From Rhodospirillaceae bacterium (GTDB lineage Bacteria > Pseudomonadota > Alphaproteobacteria > UBA6615), in the NCBI GenBank assembly GCA_038117265.1, contig JAYOFO010000003.1, positions 10,865 through 74,864 of the forward strand: a DNA stretch of 64,000 nucleotides. Reading direction: 5' to 3'. A model generated the notes under the pieces. The model was not told the DNA's origin. It made no database searches and worked only from the letters and a program-made list of their open reading frames with translations. The position numbers and the translations under genes are program-made. Below are positions 18,671-31,096 of the stretch, one piece after another. Position 1 is the stretch's first letter. Every line of letters starts with the position of its first letter.

Positions 18671-19231
18671 TCAGGCGGCGCGCCGGCGTCGTGTCGGTGC
18701 CTTGATCGGCTTCGGCACGCCGAGCTTTTTGTTCGTCTTCGAGACCTTCGACTTCGAATCCTTGGTGTAGAGCGGCCCGGTGGCGTTCAGGGCGTGGCCC
18801 TTGCGACGGCGGCGCTTGGCGTCCGCCCCCTTGCCCGCAAAGTGTTCCTGATCGTCATTGTCGGTGGCGGCGTACTGCACCTCGATCTTGTTGCCGTCCG
18901 GGTCGTAGACGTTGACCTGGCGCATGTTGATCTCTTCCAGCGAGATCACATCGTAGGGGATGTCGGCCTTGCGCAGCTTGCGCTGGAAGGCCTTCATCGA
19001 GCCGCCCGCGCGCAGCGCAAAATGCTCGACCTGCGCCTCGCCCGACTTGATGGGCTTCTTCGATTCCACCAGGTGGACGATCGCGCTGCTGCCGCAATAG
19101 TGCCAAGCGCCGCCGAACGGGAAGCTCGGGCGCTTGCCGCGCTTCAGTCCCAGCACGTCCTCATAGAAGGCCGACATCTCGTCGAGCCGGGTCGTGCGGA
19201 TGTTCACATGATCGAGCCAGTACATCGCCAT
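18671..19231 (-). CDS. VOC (glyoxalase/bleomycin-resistance/dioxygenase) family protein with a basic C-terminal tail
   Basis: MAMYWLDHVNIRT...HFAL... VOC fold, followed by a Lys/Arg-rich tail of about 55 aa (KRRRRKG...KSKVSKTNKK...TRRRRAA). RBS GGAGAA. Confidence 0.7.
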   Translation of the reverse strand: MAMYWLDHVNIRTTRLDEMSAFYEDVLGLKRGKRPSFPFGGAWHYCGSSAIVHLVESKKPIKSGEAQVEHFALRAGGSMKAFQRKLRKADIPYDVISLEEINMRQVNVYDPDGNKIEVQYAATDNDDQEHFAGKGADAKRRRRKGHALNATGPLYTKDSKSKVSKTNKKLGVPKPIKAPTRRRRAA

Positions 19232-19319
19232 CGCGTTTTCTCCGTTTCTCGAACTCGGTTTCGCGCATATTGCGCCGCCGTGCGGCACGTTTCAACGCGT
19301 CCGCGCGCCGCGGATCGCC

Positions 19320-20297
19320 CTAGACGATGCGCGTGCGCCAGATCTCGAGCGTATAGAGCACCAGCGCCGACCAGATGAACGCGAAGGTCAGCGCCTCGAT
19401 ACGCGTGAAGGGCTCGCCGAACACAGAGACGGCGAGCAGCAGGTTGCCCGAGGGCGCGATGTATTGCAGCAGGCCGATGGTCGCGAGCTTGATGCGCCGC
19501 GCGCCTGCGGAATAGAGCAGCAGGGGCAGGCCGGTGGCGATGCCCGCGAAGGCGAGCAGCGCGGCGAAGCCGGGCCCCCGCGAACCGAACGCGCCGGTGC
19601 CCGCGATTTCCATCCAGACGAGCACGCCGAGCGCGACCGGCAGCAGCAATGCGGTCTCGATCAGCAGCCCCGAGGAGGCGCTGACGGGGGCGGTCTTGCG
19701 GATCAGCCCATAGGTGGCGAAGGTGAAGGCCAGCACCAGGGTGATCCAGGGAACCGAGCCGTAGGCGACCACCTGGGTCAGGACACCGCAGGCGGCCAGC
19801 GCGACGGCGCCCCACTGCAGCGGCGACAGCCGCTCGCGCAGGATCACAAAGCCGAGCAGCACGCTGACCATCGGGTTCATGAAGTAGCCGATGCTGGCGG
19901 CGACGATCCGGTCGGTCAGCACGGCGTGGATGAACACCCACCAGTTGACGCCGATCAGCAGGGCGGTCGCGAACAGGATCGCGACCACGCGCCGGTCGCA
20001 GACGGCGCGGGCCACGGCCGGCCACTGCCGCCCCGCGGTCATCACGATCACCATGAAGACCAGCGACCAGACGAAGCGGTGGGCGGTGATCTCGGTTGCG
20101 GGCAGGGCCCCCAGCGCCTTGAAGTAGAGCGGGGTCAGGCCCCAGATCAGGAAGCCGCTCACGCCGAAGGCGAGACCGGCAGTCTCCTCGCTGGTGAACC
20201 GGCGGCGCGCCGGCGTATCGGGGGGCGTGGTCAGGGCGAGGCACTCCACCGGCGGGCGCCGGAATCGAAACGGGCCGCGAAGGATCGCGGCCCGCAC
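19320..20297 (-). CDS. rarD: RarD-like EamA/DMT family transporter
   Basis: GLAFGVSGFLIWGLTPLYFKAL...ITAHR is the RarD N-terminal signature. About 10 TM segments. The start is uncertain. Confidence 0.75.
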   Translation of the reverse strand: MRAAILRGPFRFRRPPVECLALTTPPDTPARRRFTSEETAGLAFGVSGFLIWGLTPLYFKALGALPATEITAHRFVWSLVFMVIVMTAGRQWPAVARAVCDRRVVAILFATALLIGVNWWVFIHAVLTDRIVAASIGYFMNPMVSVLLGFVILRERLSPLQWGAVALAACGVLTQVVAYGSVPWITLVLAFTFATYGLIRKTAPVSASSGLLIETALLLPVALGVLVWMEIAGTGAFGSRGPGFAALLAFAGIATGLPLLLYSAGARRIKLATIGLLQYIAPSGNLLLAVSVFGEPFTRIEALTFAFIWSALVLYTLEIWRTRIV

Positions 20298-20319
20298 ACG
20301 TTAACGCATCGGCGCGCGG

Positions 20320-20658
20320 TCAGGCAGCTTCGCGCGCCACGCCCTTGTCGTCGAAGAACTGCTCGAGCTCGCCGCTCTCGAACATCTCGCGCACGATGTC
20401 GCAGCCGCCCACGAACTCGCCCTTGACGTAGAGCTGCGGGACGGTCGGCCAGTTCGTGAATTCCTTGATCGCGTTGCGGATCTCGGGATCGACCAGCACG
20501 TCGGCGCTGCCGAACTTCACGCCCATATGGTTCAGGATCTGGACCACGGCGGCCGAAAAGCCGCACTGGGGAAAGACCGGCGTGCCCTTCATGAACAGCA
20601 TGACCTCGTTCTGGTCGATGTCGGACTTGATGCGGTCGAAAACGGGATTGTCGCTCAT
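20320..20658 (-). CDS. grxD: Monothiol glutaredoxin (Grx4 family)
   Basis: 112 aa with the CGFS active site (PQCGFS) and [19 protein letters not shown]. Confidence 0.93.
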   Translation of the reverse strand: MSDNPVFDRIKSDIDQNEVMLFMKGTPVFPQCGFSAAVVQILNHMGVKFGSADVLVDPEIRNAIKEFTNWPTVPQLYVKGEFVGGCDIVREMFESGELEQFFDDKGVAREAA

Positions 20659-20676
20659 CGCTGGCTCCGCTTGGGT

Positions 20677-20916
20677 CTAGGCGCCGTCGGGCACGGACGT
20701 CTGGAGCGCGAGCGCATGCAGCTCGCCGCCCATCCGCCCCTGCAGGGCTTCGTAGACCATCTGGTGTTGCTGGACCCGGGACTTTCCGGCGAACGCCGCC
20801 GAGACGACGTTGGCCAGGTAGTGGTCGCCATCGCCGCGCAGATCGTCGATCCGGACCTCGGCATCGGGAATCGCGGCCTTGATCAGGTTTTCGATCTCGC
20901 TGGCAGCCATCGGCAT
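20677..20916 (-). CDS. BolA/IbaG family protein
   Basis: 79 aa with DGDHY...F.GKSRVQQHQMVY...HALAL, the BolA pattern. Adjacent to grxD, as is usual. Confidence 0.88.
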   Translation of the reverse strand: MPMAASEIENLIKAAIPDAEVRIDDLRGDGDHYLANVVSAAFAGKSRVQQHQMVYEALQGRMGGELHALALQTSVPDGA

Positions 20917-20952
20917 GGTCGTGACGTCCCCGGGTTCGGTGTCGCGGCGGGA

Positions 20953-23135
<2,183 letters not shown>

Positions 23136-23139
<4 letters not shown>

Positions 23140-23846
23140 GCCGCGATCGCCTCTGCCAGGGCCGTGAACATCGGCGCGCCGTCGGTGCCGCCGAGCAGCG
23201 GGTCGGCCAGCCGTTCGGGATGCGGCATCATGCCCAGCACGTTGCCGGCCGCGTTGAACACGCCGGCGATGTTGGCCAGCGAGCCGTTGGGGTTGGACGC
23301 GCCGTCGAGCGACCCGTCGGGCGCGCAGTAGCGGATGGCGACCTGCCGGTTGTCCTCGAGCGCCTTCAGCGTGTCGGGATCGGTGAAGTAGTTGCCGTCA
23401 TGGTGGGCGACGGGGATGCGGATCACCTGGCCCTCGGCGTAATCGCGCGTGAACACGGTGTCGGTGCGCTCGACCCGCAGGTCGACGTCGCGGCACACGA
23501 ACTTCAGGGAGGCGTTGCGCATCAGCACCCCGGGCAGCAGGCCGCACTCGGTCAGCACCTGGAAGCCGTTGCAGATGCCCAGCACCGGCACGCCGCGGCC
23601 GGCCTGGGCGATGACCTCGCGCATGATCGGGCTGTTCGCCGCCATCGCGCCCGAGCGCAAATAGTCGCCGTAGGAAAAACCGCCCGGCACCACGATCAGG
23701 TCGACATCGGGAAGCTCGCGGCCCGCATGCCAGACCATGTGCGGGGCGTGGCCGGTGGCGGCCTCGAGCGAGACCGCGACGTCGCGGTCGCAGTTCGATC
23801 CGGGGAAGACGATGACGGCGGTGGATGCCCGGTTCGGTCGAGACAT
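23136..23846 (-). CDS. purQ: Phosphoribosylformylglycinamidine synthase subunit PurQ (glutaminase)
   Basis: [20 protein letters not shown] (nucleophile Cys) and MPHPER. The start is taken at MSRPN. Confidence 0.93.
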
Positions 23847-23946
23847 GAGGGCCAACGGCGGAGCCTGCGGGTTGCGTCGTTCCGTGCTATCAGCCCCGGT
23901 CACGAGTCGCAACGGCGCGGCCTGTGGATCGCGGGGGAGACGCGCC

Positions 23947-24189
23947 TCAGCCGTCGATTTCGACCGAATAATCCTCGATCACGGTGTTGGCGAGCAGCTT
24001 CTCGCACATCTCGGAGACCCGGGCCTTCGCGGCCGCGGCGTCGCCGTCGGCGAGCGCGATCTCGATGTACTTGCCCTGGCGCACGTCGTCGACGCCGTCG
24101 AAGCCGAGCCCCTCCAGCGCGTGGTGGATCGCCTTGCCCTGGGGGTCGAGGACGCCGTTCTTGAGGGTGATGTGGACGCGTGCCTTCAC
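23947..24189 (-). CDS. purS: Phosphoribosylformylglycinamidine synthase subunit PurS
   Basis: 80 aa from a GTG start: [27 protein letters not shown]. The longer track ORF is an upstream artefact. Confidence 0.9.
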   Translation of the reverse strand: MKARVHITLKNGVLDPQGKAIHHALEGLGFDGVDDVRQGKYIEIALADGDAAAAKARVSEMCEKLLANTVIEDYSVEIDG

Positions 24190-24211
24190 CGAAAATGCCC
24201 TGCGGTCGGGG

Positions 24212-24979
24212 TTATTGCATGGTCGCAGGACCCTTGACGTCCTGCTGGCCGGCCTCGGGCATGATGCCGAGCCGGCGCGCGACCTCCTGATAGGCCTCGG
24301 CGACGCCGCCGAGATCGCGGCGGAACCGGTCCTTGTCCATCTTCTCGTTGGTCTCGACGTCCCACAGGCGGCAGCCGTCGGGCGTGATCTCGTCGGCCAG
24401 CACGATCCGCATCTGGTCGTTCTCGTCGTAGAGGCGGCCGAATTCGAGCTTGAAGTCAATCAGCCGCAGGCCGATGCCGAGGAACAGGCCCGACAGGAAG
24501 TCGTTGATGCGCAGGCTCATCGCCAGGATGTCGTCGATCTCGGGCGGCGTGGCCCAGCCGAACGCCGTGATGTGTTCCTCCGAGATCAGCGGATCGCCCA
24601 GCTCGTCGGACTTGTAATAGTATTCGACGATCGAGCGCGGCAGCGGCGTGCCTTCCTCGATGTTGAAGCGCTTGGAGATCGAACCCGCCGCGATATTGCG
24701 GACCACCACCTCGACCGGGACGATCTCGACCTCCTTGACCAGCTGCTCGCGCATGTTGAGCCGGCGCACGAAGTGGGTCGGCACCCCGACCTCGGCCAGG
24801 CGCGTCATCAGGTATTCCGAAATCCGGTTGTTGAGCACGCCCTTGCCGGTGATGACGCCGTGCTTCTGGTTGTTAAAGGCGGTCGCGTCGTCCTTGAAAT
24901 ACTGGACGAGCGTGCCCGGTTCGGGCCCTTCGAACAGGACCTTGGCCTTGCCTTCGTAGATTTTCCTGCGTCGCGACAT
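24212..24979 (-). CDS. purC: Phosphoribosylaminoimidazole-succinocarboxamide (SAICAR) synthase
   Basis: [36 protein letters not shown]..., 255 aa, TAA stop. Confidence 0.95.
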   Translation of the reverse strand: MSRRRKIYEGKAKVLFEGPEPGTLVQYFKDDATAFNNQKHGVITGKGVLNNRISEYLMTRLAEVGVPTHFVRRLNMREQLVKEVEIVPVEVVVRNIAAGSISKRFNIEEGTPLPRSIVEYYYKSDELGDPLISEEHITAFGWATPPEIDDILAMSLRINDFLSGLFLGIGLRLIDFKLEFGRLYDENDQMRIVLADEITPDGCRLWDVETNEKMDKDRFRRDLGGVAEAYQEVARRLGIMPEAGQQDVKGPATMQ

Positions 24980-25141
24980 GGTGGTGGGATTCCACGAATT
25001 TGCGCGCCGCCGAGCGCGGGGCGCGCGCCCGCGAGGTATAGCAAGCAGGGGGGCCGCGAACAAACGATTCGGGATCGACTCGACCGGCGCGGGCGCCGGG
25101 ACGATATTCCTGGCGAACCACGGCGAACCAAGGAGGATGCG

Positions 25142-25627
25142 ATGTCCGAGCCCGCGAATGCCCGTCCGGTGGCCATTTTCGCGCGCGAAGCCGCGCCGCG
25201 GGCCCGCAAGTCGGTCTATCCCGCGCCCTTCGCGGCGCGTATGGCGGGGCGCACCAAGCGCCCGCTGGGCGATGTGTTCGGCCTCGCGAATTTCGGGGTC
25301 AACCTGACCGAGCTGGCGCCGGGCGGGGAATCCGCGCTGCTGCACCGGCATTCGCGGCAGGACGAGTTCGTCTACATCGTGTGCGGCACGGCGACCCTGG
25401 TGACCGAAGACGGCGAGACCCGGCTCGAGGCGGGCATGTGTGCCGGATTCCCGGCTGGCGGCGCGGCGCACCAGCTGGTGAATCGCAGCGACGCGGCAGT
25501 GGTCTATCTGGAGGTGGGCGACCGGACGCCGGGCGACGGGGCGGAGTATCCCGACGACGACATCCGCGCCGAACTGGGTGCCGACGGGCAGTGGGCGTTC
25601 ACGCGCAAGGACGGCACGCCCTACTAG
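25142..25627 (+). CDS. Cupin domain protein
   Basis: 161 aa with the cupin motif [16 protein letters not shown]...G.PAG...H. Strong RBS AAGGAGGA. Confidence 0.75.
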   Translation: MSEPANARPVAIFAREAAPRARKSVYPAPFAARMAGRTKRPLGDVFGLANFGVNLTELAPGGESALLHRHSRQDEFVYIVCGTATLVTEDGETRLEAGMCAGFPAGGAAHQLVNRSDAAVVYLEVGDRTPGDGAEYPDDDIRAELGADGQWAFTRKDGTPY

Positions 25628-25640
25628 CGCGCACTCATCC

Positions 25641-26393
25641 TCAGTAGTCCGACCGGCCACCCGAGATGTCGAACACGAAGCCGGTGGTGCCCGAGCAGTC
25701 CTCCGAGGCCGCCCAGGCGGCCAGCGCGGCCACCTCGTCGGGCTCGATCAGCCGGCCGATCGGCATCGCCGAGGTGATCTGGTTGCGGTAGGCGTCGGAC
25801 AAATCGTCGAACAGCTCGGTGTTGGTGCCGCCCGGCGCGATCGCGTTGACCAGCACGCCGGTGCCGGCCGTCTCCTTGGCCAGGGACTTGGTCAGGCTCG
25901 CCACGCCCGCCTTGGCGGCGGCGTAGGGCGCGTTGCTGGGGATGCCCATCTTGGCCGCGTTGGACGCGATGTTGACGATGCGGCCGTAACCGTTGGCCAT
26001 CATGTGCGGCACGACGGCGCGGCAGCATAGGAAGGTGCTGGTCAGGTTCAGGGTCAGCATGCGCTGCCAGTTCTCGACCGGCTGCTCCCACACCCTGGCC
26101 AGCGTGCCCACGGCGCCGGCATTGTTCACATGGATGTCGACGTTGCCGAACGCCGCGATCGCGCGCTCGAGCCCGGCGGCGATGGCGGCCTCGTCGGTCA
26201 CGTCGACCGTGTCGGCGCGCACCCGGTCTCCGGAATCGAGATCGGCGACCGCGCGCGCCATGCGTTCGGCGTCGATGTCCCAGATCGAGACCCGGGCGCC
26301 CGAGGCGAGGCAGCGCGCGGCGATGGCGTAGCCGATGCCCTTGGCGCCGCCGGTGACGATGGCGTTGCGTCCTTCCAGATCGATGGCGTTCAT
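25641..26393 (-). CDS. SDR family oxidoreductase
   Basis: [10 protein letters not shown] (TGxxxGIG), NNAG and the YAAAK catalytic motif. 250 aa. Confidence 0.88.
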   Translation of the reverse strand: MNAIDLEGRNAIVTGGAKGIGYAIAARCLASGARVSIWDIDAERMARAVADLDSGDRVRADTVDVTDEAAIAAGLERAIAAFGNVDIHVNNAGAVGTLARVWEQPVENWQRMLTLNLTSTFLCCRAVVPHMMANGYGRIVNIASNAAKMGIPSNAPYAAAKAGVASLTKSLAKETAGTGVLVNAIAPGGTNTELFDDLSDAYRNQITSAMPIGRLIEPDEVAALAAWAASEDCSGTTGFVFDISGGRSDY

Positions 26394-26413
26394 GGCGTCC
26401 TCCCTGCGAGGCC

Positions 26414-27406
26414 CTAGGGTACCAGAACCAGCTTGCCGATGACGCTCCCGCCTTCCAGCAGCCGGTTGGCCTCGGCCGCGTCCGCGAGCTTCATTCGCGC
26501 GTGGATGCGCGGGGCGATGTCGCCGGACGTGAGCATGTCGATGATCCGCTCCATCGCGGCGCGGCGAACGGCCGGCTTGTCGTCGAAATGGTGGATGCTG
26601 AAGATGCGCAAACCCAGGTTCCTGGGGAAGTTCCGCGCGATCTCGGCATAGGCGTCGGGCGCGGGGCGGCCCGCGAGATACCCGAACTGGACGAGCGTTC
26701 CCATGTTCGCGAGCATGTCGAAGTTCCGCGCGAAGCCGGGCCCGGCCACCGAATCGTAGACGTAGTCGACGCCGGCACCCTCGGTCAGCTGCGCGACCCG
26801 TTCCGCGACATCCTCTTCCAGGCGGTCGATGACGGCGAAGGCGCCCAGGTCGCGCACATGGGCGGCCTTGTCGGCGCCGCCGGCGATCCCGATGACCGTG
26901 AGGCCGCGCAGCCCGGCTAGTTCGACCAGCGCGCTGCCGATGCCGCCGGCCGCGGCATGGACGAGCACCGTCTGGCCCGGTTGCGGTGTCGCGGCGTGCT
27001 CGAGAAGCATCCAGGCGACGTGATAGTTTCCCAGCGCGACCATCCGGTCGGCGGCGATCCCGTCGGGAATGGCGAACGGCGCGGCCTCGGGCACCACGCG
27101 CGCCTCGGCGTAGCCGCCACCGCGCAGCGGCAGTTCGCGCGACGTGACGTAGACCCGGTCGCCCTCCCTGAACCTCGACACGCCCGGCCCCACCGCATCG
27201 ACCATGCCGGCCATGTCGTTGCCCGGCGTCATCGGCAACGGCCATGTCTTCACGTCGGTGCCGGTGCGCACCAGGATGTCGGGCGCGCCCACCCCGATCG
27301 CCTCGGCGCGCACCCGGATTTCGCCGGGACCGGGCTCCGGTTCCGGCACATCCTCGACCCGCAGCATGTCGGGACCGCCATATTCGTGGAAGCGAACGAT
27401 CTGCAT
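26414..27406 (-). CDS. MDR-family NADPH:quinone oxidoreductase (zeta-crystallin-like)
   Basis: 330 aa. MQIVRFHEYGGPDMLRVEDVPEP..., AAGGIGSA nucleotide motif and C-terminal GKLVLVP. Confidence 0.85.
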   Translation of the reverse strand: MQIVRFHEYGGPDMLRVEDVPEPEPGPGEIRVRAEAIGVGAPDILVRTGTDVKTWPLPMTPGNDMAGMVDAVGPGVSRFREGDRVYVTSRELPLRGGGYAEARVVPEAAPFAIPDGIAADRMVALGNYHVAWMLLEHAATPQPGQTVLVHAAAGGIGSALVELAGLRGLTVIGIAGGADKAAHVRDLGAFAVIDRLEEDVAERVAQLTEGAGVDYVYDSVAGPGFARNFDMLANMGTLVQFGYLAGRPAPDAYAEIARNFPRNLGLRIFSIHHFDDKPAVRRAAMERIIDMLTSGDIAPRIHARMKLADAAEANRLLEGGSVIGKLVLVP

Positions 27407-27447
27407 GGGCTTGCGGGTTCCGGTGAGGGTGGGGCGGCGGGTGCCGC

Positions 27448-28440
27448 TCAGGGCGTCAGCACGATCTTGCCCGTGACGGTGCCGCTCTCCAGCAGCCGGA
27501 TCGCGTCGGCGGCCGCGTCCAGCGGCATCGTGGCGTGGATGCGCGGGGCGGCGATGCCGGCGGCGAGCGCGGCGATCGCCTGTTCCATGGCGTGGCGGCG
27601 CATGTCGGGCCGGTCGTCGTAGACATGGATCGAGAACAGGCGCATCGCCAGGCTCTTGCCGAAGTTCGCGCGCATCGCGTCGTAGACGTTGGGGTCGGGA
27701 TGGCCGCCGAGATAGCCGAACAGGACGACGGTCCCCATCGGGGCGAGCATGTCGAAGTCGCGCTGGAAGCGCCGGCCCCCGACGGAATCGTAGATCACGT
27801 CGACCCCCGTGCCTCCCGTCAGCGCGGCGACCCGCGCGGCTACGTCCTCGCCGCTGCGGTCGATCACCCCGTCGGCGCCCAGTTCGGCCACGTAGCGCGC
27901 CTTGTCGGGCCCGCCGGCGATGCCGAAGGCGGTCAGGCCCATGCCCCGCGCCAGCTGGATCAGCGCGCTGCCCGCGCCGCCGGCCGCGGCATGGACGAGC
28001 ACGCTGTCGCCCGCCTGCGGCGTGGCGGCCCGGTTCAGCAGCAGCCAGGCGAGCTGGTAGTTGCCCATGGTGACCGCCTGTTCCGCCGCGACCCCGTCGG
28101 GCAGCGCGAAGGGCACCTCGGCGGGCACGCACATCGCCTCGACATAGCCGCCGCCGCGCTGCGGCAGCTCGCGCGCGTTGACATAGACCCGGTCGCCGAC
28201 GGCGAAGCGGGTCACCCCGTCGCCCACCGCGTCGATCGTGCCGGCCAGCTCGTTACCCGGGATGACGGGCAGGGGCGGGCACCATGGGTAGTTCCCGTTG
28301 AGCATCAGCTTATCGGGCACGCCGACGCCGATGGCCTCGGCGCGCACGCGGACCGCGCCGGGGCCGGGCTGGGGCTCGGCGACCTCCTCGATCCGAAGCG
28401 CCTCGGGCCCGCCATGCGCGTGGAACCGGACGATCTTCAT
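27448..28440 (-). CDS. MDR-family NADPH:quinone oxidoreductase, tandem paralog
   Basis: 330 aa, collinear with the 26414-27406 product (MKIVRFHAHGGPEALRIEEVAEP..., AAGGAGSA, GKIVLTP). Confidence 0.85.
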   Translation of the reverse strand: MKIVRFHAHGGPEALRIEEVAEPQPGPGAVRVRAEAIGVGVPDKLMLNGNYPWCPPLPVIPGNELAGTIDAVGDGVTRFAVGDRVYVNARELPQRGGGYVEAMCVPAEVPFALPDGVAAEQAVTMGNYQLAWLLLNRAATPQAGDSVLVHAAAGGAGSALIQLARGMGLTAFGIAGGPDKARYVAELGADGVIDRSGEDVAARVAALTGGTGVDVIYDSVGGRRFQRDFDMLAPMGTVVLFGYLGGHPDPNVYDAMRANFGKSLAMRLFSIHVYDDRPDMRRHAMEQAIAALAAGIAAPRIHATMPLDAAADAIRLLESGTVTGKIVLTP

Positions 28441-28448
28441 CGGCGCGG

Positions 28449-29030
28449 CTACTCTTCCACGCCGGCGGTGAACTTGAAGCCGATGTCCTTCAGCGAGGCC
28501 ACCGCGACGTCGCCGAACTCCTCGGCGAGCTCCGTCTCGACCGACGGGGCATACGACACACGGTCGTTGCTGGTCGCGTCCTTAAGCTCGATGATCGCCA
28601 GCAGGCGGCCGGTCTCGTCGGAGACATTCTTGAAGTTGCGGCTGATGCCCGACGGCACCGAGACGAAGTCCATCGGGTCGAGCGTGATCTTGTGCTCGCC
28701 CTCGTCGCCCCAGCAGACCTCGAAGCGCCCCTGCAGGCACATGAAATTCTCGATGGTGATCTCGTGGTTGTGCAGGCCCGGCCCGTTGCCCGGCGGGCAC
28801 TCGGCGATGGCGACGACCACCCGCTCGCCGGCCTTGATCGGCGCCATGGCGCTGCGACCCGTATAGGACTCGGGCACCATGATCGGATAGACGCGGTGGG
28901 CGGTGAGCTTCTCCATCGCGGCGCGCGGGATGCCGGTGCTCTCGTCATGCTGGTCCGAGTACGGCGTCAGGTCGGTGAACCGCGCGTGGCGCGCGGCCAT
29001 CTGGGCCGGCGAAAAGTCGATCGTTTTCAT
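28449..29030 (-). CDS. Cupin domain protein
   Basis: 193 aa with the cupin core PPGNGPGLHNHE...E.F.CLQG. Confidence 0.65.
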   Translation of the reverse strand: MKTIDFSPAQMAARHARFTDLTPYSDQHDESTGIPRAAMEKLTAHRVYPIMVPESYTGRSAMAPIKAGERVVVAIAECPPGNGPGLHNHEITIENFMCLQGRFEVCWGDEGEHKITLDPMDFVSVPSGISRNFKNVSDETGRLLAIIELKDATSNDRVSYAPSVETELAEEFGDVAVASLKDIGFKFTAGVEE

Positions 29031-29128
29031 GCGTTTCCTCCCAGGCTTTTCCGTAGCCCCACTCTGGCATTGTTGGCGTTGCGCCGAAAATGCCGTTTGC
29101 GCACCGGGTCATGTCGTTTCGGCATGGA

Positions 29129-30037
29129 TCATGCCGGGGCCGGTGACGTATCCGAAAACAAAGCACCAACCTCCTGAACGACGATCTCGCACAGCGTGTT
29201 GAAAGCATGCCCCGTCTCGCGCCCGCTAAGCCAGCCGAGATGGCGGTCCAACGCAATGCCGGGCAATCGGGTCGCCTGAACCTTTCCCTCGAATGCGGAA
29301 TCCTCGAGCGCCGACTTTGGCAGGACGCCGCAGGCGAGATCGCGCCGGACGATGTCCAGCGCGGCATGCGCGCTCTCCACCCGGTAGCGCAGGTCGAGTG
29401 CGTTGCGCGCCAGGCCAGAGAGTTCCTCCACCCAAGAGGCCATCGTCGTCTGCTGGTTCGTGACCACGAGCGGGAGCCCCTGGAGGTCATCCCAGTTCGT
29501 GACCGAGGCCGGAACATCGCGTCCGGGAGCGGTCACGAGGTACACCGGTTCGGAGAAGAGCATGCGAAAGCTGATGCCCGGTGCGTAGGAAGGACGCGAG
29601 GTGATCGCCAGGTCGATCGTTTCGTCGGCCAGGCCGGTGAGAAGATTCCCGCCGACACCTTCGACGAAGCCCAGACGCAGTTCGGGAAACGGATCCGACA
29701 TTCGCGCTGCGACCCGCCCGCAGAGCAGTCGGCCGAGCGAGGGTGTCGTGCCTATGTTGAACCAGCCGCGCACCTCCCCGACGGCCGCGTTGATCTCCTC
29801 GCGCGCGCGTGCCGCCTGCAGGCGCATGGCCTCGGCGTGGCGCAGCAGAATGTGCCCGGACTCGGTCAAGGACACGCCTCCCGGTTCGCGGGCAAACAGT
29901 TTCGCGCCGATGTCACGTTCGAGGGCCGAGATCTGCCGGCTCAATGCAGATTGGGCGACGTTGAGCCGCCGCGCGGCAGCGGTGAAGCTTCCCGCCTCGG
30001 CAATCGCGGAAAAGTACCGGAGTTGTCGGGATTCCAT
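29129..30037 (-). CDS. LysR family transcriptional regulator
   Basis: MESRQLRYFSAIAEAGSFTAAARRLNVAQSALSRQISALE (wHTH) plus a LysR substrate-binding domain. Divergent from the hydrolase gene. Confidence 0.92.
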   Translation of the reverse strand: MESRQLRYFSAIAEAGSFTAAARRLNVAQSALSRQISALERDIGAKLFAREPGGVSLTESGHILLRHAEAMRLQAARAREEINAAVGEVRGWFNIGTTPSLGRLLCGRVAARMSDPFPELRLGFVEGVGGNLLTGLADETIDLAITSRPSYAPGISFRMLFSEPVYLVTAPGRDVPASVTNWDDLQGLPLVVTNQQTTMASWVEELSGLARNALDLRYRVESAHAALDIVRRDLACGVLPKSALEDSAFEGKVQATRLPGIALDRHLGWLSGRETGHAFNTLCEIVVQEVGALFSDTSPAPA

Positions 30038-30174
30038 GGCGAAACAGCCGCATGGGTGAGATCGGCGGAAAGACTATACCTTTTCGGCATGGCCGCATGG
30101 TTGATGTGCGGGCGATTGTCGGCGTCCGGCCTGGATGCCAGACTTCGGGTCAAGTCATAACCGGGGGAGCCGCC

Positions 30175-31083
30175 ATGAGCGAACGCGAAAAAGTCTGGGA
30201 AGACGTCACCTTCTTCAGCGACGGCATCGAGATCGCTGCGCACCTCTATACGCCGCGGAACTGGAAGCCGGGCGACCCGGCGCGTCCGGCCATCGTCTGC
30301 CTGCACGGCTATTCGGGCATGAAGGAGGTCTACGGCATGGACGTGCCGCGGCGGCTGTGGGAGGAGGGCTACTTCGTGCTGGCGCCCGACCACCGCGGCT
30401 TCGGCGAGAGCGGCGGCGCGCGCGGCCGACACCGGCCGCTGGAACAGGCGCAGGACGTCTACGACGCCTTTACCTACATGGAGACGGTGGACGGCGTCGA
30501 CCGCAACCGCATGGGCTGCTACGGCACCAGCTGGGGCGGGGCGTCCGTCATCTGGTGTGCCGCCTTCGACGAGCGGATCAAGGTGATCGTGAATTCCGTC
30601 GGCGTGTCCGACGGGCTGCGCTGGATGCAGCAGGCGCGCCGGCCGCACGAGTGGCTGGACTTCCGCAAGCAGGTCGCCGAGGCGGCGCGCAAGCGCGTGA
30701 CCACGGGCGAGGCGACCCACTGGCCGCTGCTCGACATCATGCTGACCGATCCGCACACGCTCGACGTGATCCAGCAGCATCACCAGAAGCACGGCCACTA
30801 CGTCTCGGACTACGACCTCGAGAGCGCGGAGGCCTGCATGCGCTTCCGGCCCGAGAAGGTGGCGCACCTGATCTCGCCGCGCCCGGTCCTGGTGATCTAT
30901 GCCGAGGACGATTGCACGGTGCCGCCCGAGGAGCAGTTCGGCTGCTACGCCGCGCTCGGCCAGCCCAAGAAGCTGGTCATGCTGCCGGGCGCCCAGCACT
31001 ACGAGAGCTATTACTTCTGCAATCCCGAGATGCACGAGATCGGCATGTCGGAGGCCGTCGCCTGGTTCGACGAGTATCTCTAG
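30175..31083 (+). CDS. Alpha/beta hydrolase (dienelactone hydrolase/esterase-like)
   Basis: 302 aa with VCLHGYSG and the nucleophile elbow GTSWGG. RBS GGGGGAG. Confidence 0.75.
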   Translation: MSEREKVWEDVTFFSDGIEIAAHLYTPRNWKPGDPARPAIVCLHGYSGMKEVYGMDVPRRLWEEGYFVLAPDHRGFGESGGARGRHRPLEQAQDVYDAFTYMETVDGVDRNRMGCYGTSWGGASVIWCAAFDERIKVIVNSVGVSDGLRWMQQARRPHEWLDFRKQVAEAARKRVTTGEATHWPLLDIMLTDPHTLDVIQQHHQKHGHYVSDYDLESAEACMRFRPEKVAHLISPRPVLVIYAEDDCTVPPEEQFGCYAALGQPKKLVMLPGAQHYESYYFCNPEMHEIGMSEAVAWFDEYL

Positions 31084-31096
31084 GGGGAGACGAAGG

